A stretch of 64,000 bases of DNA from Ministeria vibrans ATCC 50519 (lineage: Eukaryota > Protista > Filasterea). Positions 54,544 through 64,000 of this stretch are shown piece by piece. The position numbers and the translations under genes are program-made. The notes under the pieces are model-generated. The model was not told the DNA's origin, ran no database searches, and saw only the letters and a program-made list of their open reading frames with translations. Where the stretch lies: positions 1 to 64,000 of the forward strand of contig CALSCP010001735.1 in the NCBI GenBank assembly GCA_943704425.1, written 5' to 3'. Positions within the stretch are counted from its first letter, which is position 1, and each line of letters begins with the position of its first letter.

Positions 54544-57438
54544 ATGTCCAAGAAAAAACCAACGTTGACCATGTCTGTGGAGGACATGGAAGTAGAGGAG
54601 AAACGGTTGGAGGAAGCACGTAGCAAGGAAGAAGAGGAGACGCGCAAGGAGGTGAGTGGAAAGACAGGCAACAATCTCGTCGCGAACACGTCGCCACTTT
54701 TGCCTGCAGGTGCAACGAGAACTCTCTCGTCAAGATTCAAAACAGTCACAACAACGTCTCACTAACCTCATCGAGAAGGCCTCGCTCTACTCGAGCTTCC
54801 TTCGACAGCAACTTGAGGAACATCAATCGCGCGCCAAATCTCAAACGACCGACACCCACACAGACACGGTCGCAAACACGGCCAAGGGCAAGGGCAAACG
54901 CAATGCCTCACACGAGCTGTCTTCTTCCAATGACAAGCGAACACGCACAGATACCCACGGGCGTCAACCTGTACTGGTGAGTGTCATATTTTTTATATCA
55001 TATTGAACAAGTGCATGTCTAACTTTCTTTTCCTTGCGTCCAACATCAGATTACCGGCGGCACCCTTCGCGACTACCAACTTGTCGGCTTTGAGTGGCTC
55101 TCATCACTTTACCAAAATGGCCTCAATGGAATTCTCGCCGACGAGATGGGACTGGGCAAGGTAAAATGCAACAGACATGCAAATGCCATTCTCTATCATA
55201 ATTATATTTATGCATAACATAATAATAATAATAATATTATTATAATGCTTTATTATATTATTGACTTTTATCATACTTAGAGCTCGCTGTATTCTTCTTA
55301 TTATATGAATACGTGTATTAATATTAATTTTATTCTTATTAAATTTTTGTTTTTGTTTTTTCTTTGTTTGTAGACTCTTCAGTGCATCTCGCTGATTGCT
55401 TACTTGGTTGAGAACGGTGTCCAAGGACCTTTTCTTATTGTCGCACCGCTTTCCACCCTGTGCAACTGGATCTCCGAGCTGAATCGATTCGCTCCGCAAC
55501 TACCAACCGTCCTGTACCACGGCTCGCCAGTGGAGCGTGAGGCACGTCGACCGCTCCTCTCCAAGCGGACCACGGTGCACCTTGGCGAGGGTCGTAACCC
55601 AGTCAAGACACTCCCTGTGTGTGTGACCTCCTATGAGATTGCCATGCGCGACCGCAAAGTTTTACAACGTCACGAGTGGCGCCACATCATTGTCGACGAG
55701 GGCCATCGCATCAAGAATCTCAACTGTCGACTTGTGCGCGAGCTCAAGCAGTACACCTCGGCGAACCGTCTGCTTCTCACTGGCACCCCGCTTCAGAACA
55801 GCCTCGCCGAGCTCTGGTCACTGCTCAACTTTCTCATGCCTAACATCTTTGACGATCTCGATGTCTTTCAGCGCTGGTTCGACTTTAGTGATGTCGACCA
55901 GGCGGCCGCAGACGACGCCGCCGTCCTCTCGCATACGGTCCAACAGCAGTCACAGGTGCTCGACAAGCTCCATCACATTTTGCGTCCGTTCCTACTGCGT
56001 CGCGTCAAGACGGACGTCCTCAAGCACTTGCCCAAGAAACGCGAGCTCATTGTATACGCGCCCATGACGAGTGCTCAACAACGTTTTTACGCCGCCACCG
56101 CAAATGGCACCATTGCAAACATTGTAGGCGATGCCTCCGAGAGGGCCGCCATCGCCGCCAAAGTCGCAGCCTCAGCGGCACTCACCAAGAGCGGTCGTCG
56201 ACAACGCACATGTGCTACCAACACGGATACATCTGGTGTCCATCGTGAGCTCTCTGACGACGAGTTCTTCCAGGCGCTCTCCGACGACAATGACGACGAC
56301 GACAGCGTCGACTGCGCCAACAAGAGCAGCGAGAGCAAGGAGAACACCTCGACAACAACCGCCACCACCGCCGCCACCGCCACAACTACAGCACCCACAA
56401 CATCCAAGAGTCACTCGGTCGTGAATGTGCGCATGCGCAACAAGCTCATGCAGCTACGCAAAGTGTGCAACCATCCCTACCTGCTCGAGTACCCCACCGA
56501 CAGCGATGGCTACTGCCTCATCACCGAGCAGATTGTCCGCTCCTCCGGAAAACTCAAGCTCCTCGATCAGGTCCTGCCCGAACTCAAGCGACGCGGTCAC
56601 AAAGTATGACAGATGTTGTGAAGAGCCGCTCATTCATTATTAATAACGTCATTATTATTATTTTTTACTATTATTATTATTATAATTAATTTTATTGTTT
56701 GTTTGTATGTTTTTTTTTTTTTTTTTTCAGGTGCTGATTTTCTCGCAGTTTACGACCATGTTGGACATCATTGAAGACTACCTTTCGCTGCGATCCATGT
56801 CGTGTGCGCGTATTGACGGGTCCGTATCGGTTGATGTGCGTCAGGAGGCCATCACGTCGTTCAACCAAGACCCCGAGCAGTTTTTATTTCTGCTGTCGAC
56901 GCGTGCTGGAGGTCTGGGTGTGAATCTGGCGTCGGCCGACACGGTGATCATCTTTGATAGCGATTGGAATCCACAGGTGGACTTGCAGGCACAGGATCGA
57001 GCCCATCGCATTGGGCAGACGCGCCCCGTGCTTGTGCTGCGTCTGTGCTCGCGCAATACCATTGAGCAGCGCATCCTCGATCGTGCCGAGTCGAAGCGCC
57101 GTCTGGAGAAGATGGTGATTCACAAGGGTCGCTTTGTCGATCCCAAAGCGCAGAGCACAATGAAGATGCTCAGTCGCGACGTTGAAGAGCTCTTGCGCGA
57201 GGTCAAAACGGAGCTGGTGGCCGGCAACGACGAGAGTGTCGACGAGGATGCGCCCATCTTCTCACACGAGGACCTCGAGCGCATTCTGGATCGCAGCGAG
57301 TCGGTCATGGCCAGCGGGGGTTCCTCCATGGCGTCGTCGTCGACGACGACGACGACCTCGGCCACTGCCGCAGTACCGTCCGGATCTGGTGGTCTCTTTA
57401 GTGTTGTCCCTTCGGCGGTCGATGAGGCGGCGCTCTAA
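54544..57438 (+). CDS. HELLS: SNF2 chromatin remodeller HELLS/LSH/DDM1
   Basis: [16 protein letters not shown] coiled coil; [13 protein letters not shown]; [15 protein letters not shown]; [23 protein letters not shown]; [12 protein letters not shown]; [24 protein letters not shown]; [11 protein letters not shown]. Confidence 0.93.
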
Positions 57439-57678
57439 CAAGAGATTGGGTGACCGAGAGACCGAAAAGAAGGAGAGAATCATGAGAGAAGGAGAGGGAG
57501 GCTCCCAACAAGTAGTAGAAGAAGAAGAATACAACCCATTTTCGAATACAACCCATTTCCATGATACCATATTGAATAATTATCGAAAAACATAATAATA
57601 ACTATTATTATTATTATAATAATGCTAAAAATTATTTTTATTTTTACACTACACACAGAGAGATCAACTTATACAAAA

Positions 57679-59190
57679 TCAAAAATTGTGACGGGCAATG
57701 ACAGACTCGACAAAGAGCATAGCAGTGTCGCGGGCCATTGGAAGATGCAGGGGCTCGCGCGCTAGACGACCAACGGGTGTGTTGCTGTATGTCTTGAGCA
57801 GCTTGTAGAGTGTTGCGCACACACTCCTGTGTACAGTCAGTTCAGTCAGAATAAGTAAGAATTCATTTTAGAGAACAATAATTATGTGAATATTCTGTGA
57901 ATAAATGGGCTGTTACTTTGCAAAGGGTGAATCGGCTGTCTTCAGACGTTCAAGAACCACCAGACGACACTGGGTGTGCAACAATCGTTTGTTCCGTTCA
58001 AGAATAGTAGTCTCTCCGCCACTCTCATCCTCCTCTGCCTCTTCGGCTTCTCCTTCTTGAGGATCGTTCGACTCAGGGACGGGGAGACGCAGACGTTTGT
58101 GCGTCAGTCCGCCGCTAATGTCGTGCTCGCTGAGAGACGCACTCTCGCGACTATGTCGCTTGATATACTGGCGCCGTGTTGATGATGTGGTGAGTGCCCC
58201 GTCTAGCTCACTGGCCGGCACACGACTGTGCTTGTTCTCCTGCTCGCGCTTGGCGCGTGCCAAAGCCCCTGTTCGACTCAGATAGGCGATGGAGAGAGAC
58301 ATAGTTTGGTTGTGCGCGTCCGAGTGGACGGGAGCACATTCAATATCCTCATTGGATGTATCCTTGCTGTTCTTGAGATAGGTTGCAAGGGTCTGGGCCA
58401 ACCCAAGGGTGGCGTCCGAAGAGGCAAGGGCATACGCTGTCTGTCGATAGATGAGCAGCAGGGGCCGGTCGCGCTCGTGTGCGTCTTCGTCGCCTTTTTG
58501 CAAGAGGCTCGCTGCTGCCGCATCGTCCGTGTCGTTGAGAAGCACGGAAATGTGCTGCAGGACTGTGTCAGTCGCTGAGTTGTTGTGTGCACGCGCCGAG
58601 CGGAAACGAACGATGGAGACGCCCTTGCCGATGTGGCGAGAGTCCACGCGCAAACACGGGTAGTTCGGATCAATGAGGTGTATCGGAGCATTAAGTTCAC
58701 ACTCACTGGTCCACACGACTTCGTGTTGGCGCCAGGGTAACAGACGAGAGCGCCACGAAGCGATAGAGTCCGCAGACGACGAAGTGTCGCAAAACAATCG
58801 GAGAGCACTCGCCGCTTCGTCGCGCCAGACAAGCTCGTCGAACGCGCAATGGTCCAACCAGGGCTGCTGTCCCTGTGCGGCGTCGTCAGCGGCATAGAGG
58901 CGGGCATTGAGAATGGTGGACCATGCAACGACCGTTTCGTTGTCGACAAAATCGACGACCAAAGAAATGGAGACATTGCAGGTGAGTCTAAGGCGCATGA
59001 GTTGGTTTAACAGCCCAATTGAGACAGTGTCGTCGGTCGCGGGGGTGCCCACAAAGACGAGGTCGAGCAAGGGAGGCAAATCAAGAAAATCCAACGTCAA
59101 CAATTCATGTTGTGTTCTCAGCACTTCAGCGGTGCTCACTTCAGTCTGCGATGCGTTACAATGGACATACAAATACACAGAGGATCCCAT
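57679..59190 (-). CDS. Hypothetical protein, possibly a divergent MTBP/Sld7 homologue
   Basis: 425-aa ORF plus a spliced last exon (SVCATLYKLLKTY..MARDTAMLFVESVIARHNF). The gene is likely real; the family call is weak. Confidence 0.55.
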
Positions 59191-59314
59191 TCATATACAA
59201 GAAAGTATTATTTTTCGAAGAAGAATTATCAATTATTAAGATTTACGATGTTCCGTTATCATACAATTGTCGTGCAATAAGATTTTTTTTTTTTGAAACA
59301 ATCATTTTGTTCAG

Positions 59315-61513
59315 ATGAGATCCGGCCCATTGCCCGAGGTTGAATCCGCTATGGGAACGGGCATCTCACCTCCAGAGATTAGCAAATTATCTGCGTCGCC
59401 AAGGAGATCGGCGTCGTCGCCAAGGAGTCGCATCGTACGCGAACCCCGTCAGATGCTCCTGCCAATGAGGGTAACAACAATACTGACCTATTCAACACAC
59501 AGCAAGACTCGTACACGGCAGTGGTGCATCCAGGACTAGCGCGCTCGTATTCTTCACACATTCCCGCTTGTGACTCTCTCCTCTCTCTCGCACCCCCTCT
59601 CGCTCTCTCCTTTGTCAACGCCCAGCGTGTGTGCATCTATCGCTCTTTCTCTCTCTCTATCTGTTTGTTCAAACAGTCAAACAGTAGAGCACACTACAGA
59701 CGAGCGACCCTTGCTGAGGCACCTGGGTACATGTGTTGGGAATCCTGTCAATTGACCTCAAAAAAAAAGGAGAAAAAAAGAAACCGCGAGTTTTTATTTG
59801 CTGCGTGTGTCGTGTGCGCACTCACTGTGGCTCAACGCGCACATGGGTGTGGTTATTTTGTTTTTTATTTTTGAATTTTTTGCGCAAAAAGAGCACAACG
59901 TTGATAAGAAGTGAAATTGAACGCCTTGTGACGCTCGTAGCAACCCTCTCCGGGGCGTGCTGGCGACGCCTCGGAGGCGTCGGCAACTGTAGCAAGTGGT
60001 GACACTGTAACGGTGCACGTTGAAGCACCACAGGCGTTGGCATCGCCGACAACGCGAAGGTTGTCGCTGTCACCAAATTTCGACATGAGCAGCGAGGTGT
60101 CCAGTGTGTCACCTGGCAGCTCTCTTCAAGACTTGGCTGGGCCCCCGAGTACCGCACGATTATCACCGCGCCTCGTCCGTCGACACGTCTCGATGGGCCC
60201 GTCATCGTCACCAAGCGCACGCCGAGGCCGAACGTCACCTGCGCCACCGCCAACTGGATCCGTTCGTCTGCCGGTGCTGGGCACGACACCCGATCGGCCT
60301 TCTTCAGGAGGTGGTCGTAGCTCACGACCGATCACTGCTGATCATCATCAACAGCAACAGCAACAACAACAGTCGCCGAGCAGTTCACCGAGCAGTTCAC
60401 CGCAACAGCAAACGGGAAGAGGGACTTCGATGGCACTCAGTCGAACAGTCAGTGATAACATTGGACGCCACGCTGCACGACGTACCCACAGTAGCGTTCC
60501 AGGTGGCACGCCTACCTCGTTGCATGTTGAGTCAGTCGGACCATCGCCTGTCTCGCTGGTGGTCACGAGCAACTCAAGCTCACTTGACAGTCTCAACGAC
60601 GACGGTGACAGCCAAGTGGAGACGACTAGAATCAAAAAGGCCCCCAACACCCACCTGTTGCAGCCGCGTCCCGGCAGTGGCCATCGACGCTCCACCAATC
60701 TCATTGTGCGCTCGGCGAGTGTACGTGAACTCGAGCCCGAACCCCTCCTCACCGACGATCGTGACGAGCCCATGTCGTCTCCATCGTCGTCGTCTGCGCC
60801 CGCCCAGCCAATCGCTTGCAGCGCCGTGACAAGACGTGAAAGCACCGATTCAACCCTTAGCGGCCGGTCCACCAGTTCACAATTGCCCCCCAGCGGCCTC
60901 CGTCGTGCCAACAGTCTCAACAGCAAACTCCGAGCGCGTCTGGTGCCTCCTCCCGTGCCTAAACTGCCCCCACGACGGAGCTCCAACGACAGTGCCGCGT
61001 CCGCCACATCGTCGTCGGCTGGCACGTCTGGCCGTAAAGCATCCATTGTGAGTCGTCGTGACAGCACCACACCCTCAAGAAACGACGATGACAAAGAAGA
61101 AGAAGAAGACGCAGAAGCAGAAGAAGAAGAAGAAGAAGAAGAGGAGGAGGAGGAGGAGGAGGAGGAGATGCCGCGAAGCATTCTCAAGGTGAGCAACCTG
61201 TTCAACTCGGAGGAGCGCGCAAACGGCGCAGACCAGCGACGCCGTCTCACTTTCTGCCGCAAGGTCAGTGTGTGTCTTTGTGGCGTGTGTGTGCGTGTGT
61301 GTGTGTCATGATACGGTAACATATTTTTGTGTCGGGGTGTAGGTGACGGTGGCCAACTGTCTGAGCAAGTTTGACTACGACCGCGGTGCGTGTGTGACGT
61401 GGAATCTGACACAGACGGAAAAGGAGCGTATTGCGCGCGAGCTCAACCGCTTCAAATGCGAAGAGATGATTGTGCACAAGGCCAGTCGCCACAACACTCA
61501 CTACATCAGATGA
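59315..61513 (+). CDS. PP1 regulatory subunit with Phactr/Bni4-type C-terminus
   Basis: Ser/Pro-rich disordered body, poly-Glu, SILK motif, RRLTF (RVxF-like), last exon DYDRGACVTWNLTQTEKERIARELNRFKCEEMIVHKASRHNTHY. Exon 1 at 59315 splices in frame at ~59941. Confidence 0.82.
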
Positions 61514-61587
61514 CCCTTTTTAACTTATTAAACGAAAAAATAAATCGACTGTATGAACCATTATGTGATTTTGGTAGTACCTGTGGT

Positions 61588-62911
61588 TTACAGTGGACAG
61601 TTTTGGTGCATGAACCGCTCAATCCACGAGCCCTCTTGACAAGGAATACCTTTGGACTGAGCCCTAACGAGAATCGATTGTGTTATCGTTTGATGTGCAA
61701 TGGTGATGAATCTCACATGTGGTTCCACAGGTGCACCGCAAATGGGTTGCGCTGCTCAATTGCCTCGGTTGCCTCGACCTGTCGCTTTCGAACTTGGGTA
61801 ACGAAAATGATAATAATTAGACATGACTGTCATGCTTTTGGTGTTTCCGTACTCCATAACCGACTAAAGTGGCGCCAGTGAATAGGATAAAACGCCGCTT
61901 CGTCTAGCACTACAAACTACCTCTTCAGTTTGATGAAGCACAAAAATAATAATAATAGTAATAATAATAATAATAAAAATAAATAATAATAATAACAATG
62001 ATAAAAATAAAACAATCGTATGAACCTGAGACGTTAAAGTGCTGATCGCTTTTGTAGTAGACACGCGTTAAGAGTAGCGGCCCGGTTGCGGCAAAGACAT
62101 TCTTGGCCAACAGAATGCCTCGCAGTTGATGCATCACATGCAGAAGAAATGGACTGTGTGTGGAACGAACAATCATCACGGCCGTTCCCTACGCGAGAAG
62201 TTAGATGAGGGGAAAAATCGGACATGCAGAAGGTACCAGTTTGAGGGGTGAACGCCCTTCAATCCCGAGGGTATCCGTCTGCAGCGGGTGTAAGGACCGC
62301 AATACAAACACGTCGGTGTCAAGGTAGACACCCCCAAAGCGATAGAGCAGAGCGTAGCGCAGAGCGTCCGACAGGGTGAGAAGAGGCCAGTCGCTGTGAG
62401 CGTACTCGCCACTGGCGTAGTAGCCTTCAAGAGGGGTGGTGTGAAACGCAAGCTCGTAGTCAAATAACACAACGTGCACGTTGGTGTGATTCGTCCAGAC
62501 ATTGAGAAGGGGGGCTGACGCGCGGGCGAGGACAACAACATGGGCGCACGGATGGGCAATGGCGGCGGATATCACGGCACACCGCACGATATCAGACACA
62601 TCAGCAGAGAGCTGGGCCATGAATACATGCTGGCGTGGACCCGTCGCTGTGGAAGAGGCGTCGCCCAGCGGGAGTGTCGAATGGCACTGCGTCACTGGGT
62701 GTTTGAGGAGCCAGTTGAGCTGCTCTTCGAACTGGTGCGCGGCAGTCACAGTGATTGTGACCTGCGCTGCGCCGGGAGCAGATTGCGCAGGCGGGAGTGG
62801 AGTGTCTTTGGCTGTACGCTGGGGTTCCAGTGAGAGTGTTGTGAAGAGGTGGACCAGAGCAAAGACGACGATGCAGAGCGTCAGCAGAATGGCATTTCGA
62901 CGTGGTCGCAT
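61588..62911 (-). CDS. GT32 alpha-1,4-glycosyltransferase (A4GALT/A4GNT-like), type II membrane
   Basis: N-terminal TM; CAVISAAIAHP; LSDALRYALLYRFGGVYLDTDV (DxD); TGPLLLTRV; AFYPIHWR; AVHLWNH; ends NCPL. Confidence 0.88.
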
Positions 62912-63308
62912 TTTGAACGACTTATGGATTTTGTTCGTGTAAATATATTACACAAACTAAAAGACCCACGGTCACACAAACTGTTCACTACACAGCTCGT
63001 GATCCCTTATCGTCAAAGAGGGAGTAATAAGTCTAATAACAAAAGTGAGAAGTGAGAACTAAATTTAGAGTTTCGGTCGAGTTTGCAAGGCGGTCTGGCT
63101 GTGTCTTCGCGTGGTGACTGTATCATTAATAAATGGGTTGTATTCTTCTTCTAATTAGGTCATTGGGTGCGTATTATTATTATTTTATAATTATTTTATT
63201 GTTGTAGTCTTCTTCTTCTTTCCTCTCGATTCTCTATTAATGCTGTACATTATTATCATCATAAAACATTATTATCATTGCTACTATTTTAATTATTGGT
63301 TAATTACA

Positions 63309-64000
63309 TCACGGCGTCTTAGCGTCAATCATGACACTGCCTTTGGTATCTTTTGTTCGAAGAGAGTACTGTGCAAGACGCTTCCACAGCGGAATTTCTC
63401 GTGTAAACCGCCTGAGCACAACAGGACATCGGGCGTCGTGGACACTGCGCGCAGACGATGGATCGCACGTGCATGTGCACTTGCTCCCATGCTTGCTGTT
63501 GTGACCCACCACACGCGAGCGTTGGCGTTGCCTCTGTTCCGGACTTGGCACTTCAATGACCGTGGTGGTGTCAGCTGTGGGCTCATGCACCGTGTCATCT
63601 TCATCCACGCTCTGTTCAAGCCTCTCCAGCATTTTAGCAAGAAGTTGCTGACAAATGGCAACAGTGTCTAATCTCTCCGATTCATCTCCTACGTATACGA
63701 CATGATCAGCATTGCAAAACAATTGAATCACATGAAATCATATTAAAACAATTTTTCTTATAAATAATTATTTTTTTTAGTATTATTACCTGCGTGACAG
63801 CCGCGAATGGACTCGGTGACGTCTTCCTTTGCAAGAGCAAGCAAGGTGGTTTGACAATAAGGCGTGCCTGTAGTTGAACCGTAGGTAACAAGTGCTTTGA
63901 GGGCTTCGGGGTGAGAATAGAGCGCTGCAAGATGAACGGGCAGAGCACCGCGCGCGTCCAAGGTGTTGACAATGCGCGAGAGCGTGTCATAGTCTTCGTC
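63309..64000 (-). CDS. 3' end of an ankyrin-repeat-containing protein (partial)
   Basis: VNTLDARGALPVHLAALYSHPEALKALVTYGS is an ankyrin-like repeat. An AT-rich intron at ~63710-63790 leads to the last exon ending at 63309. Confidence 0.65.

Noticed and set aside
60348-61412. 354-aa antisense ORF, and similar ones at 17090-17857 and 20401-21216
   Set aside because: Shadow frames of GC-rich low-complexity coding exons; no recognisable motifs.

Overview
Gene-dense, intron-rich eukaryotic DNA with GT-AG introns full of A/T, CA, CT and AAT microsatellites, GC/CpG-rich exons and four N gaps. Gene content suggests a unicellular opisthokont, probably holozoan; this is inference. About 21 genes can be read: WDR3/UTP12, fungal-type NTA1 amidase, eIF3e, reticulon, a secreted GH31 glucosidase, a PX-PH-actin-fold fusion, RELCH, SF3A1, a giant EGF/PA14 single-pass receptor, an Fpk1/Kin82-type AGC kinase, NSE3/MAGE, diacylglycerol kinase, FAF2/UBX, DUF445, HELLS, a possible MTBP-like gene, a Phactr/Bni4-type PP1 regulator, a GT32 glycosyltransferase, a partial ankyrin gene and two orphans. 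The most unusual object is the ~11.4 kb receptor gene. It combines a bacterial-looking N-terminal domain, two PA14 domains, Notch-type EGF arrays, four unnamed Cys-knuckle modules, an extracellular protamine-like poly-Arg segment and two ZU5-like domains. The PX-PH-actin fusion is second. Gene spans were assembled by eye from splice signals; family calls rest on recalled motifs, and no searches were run.
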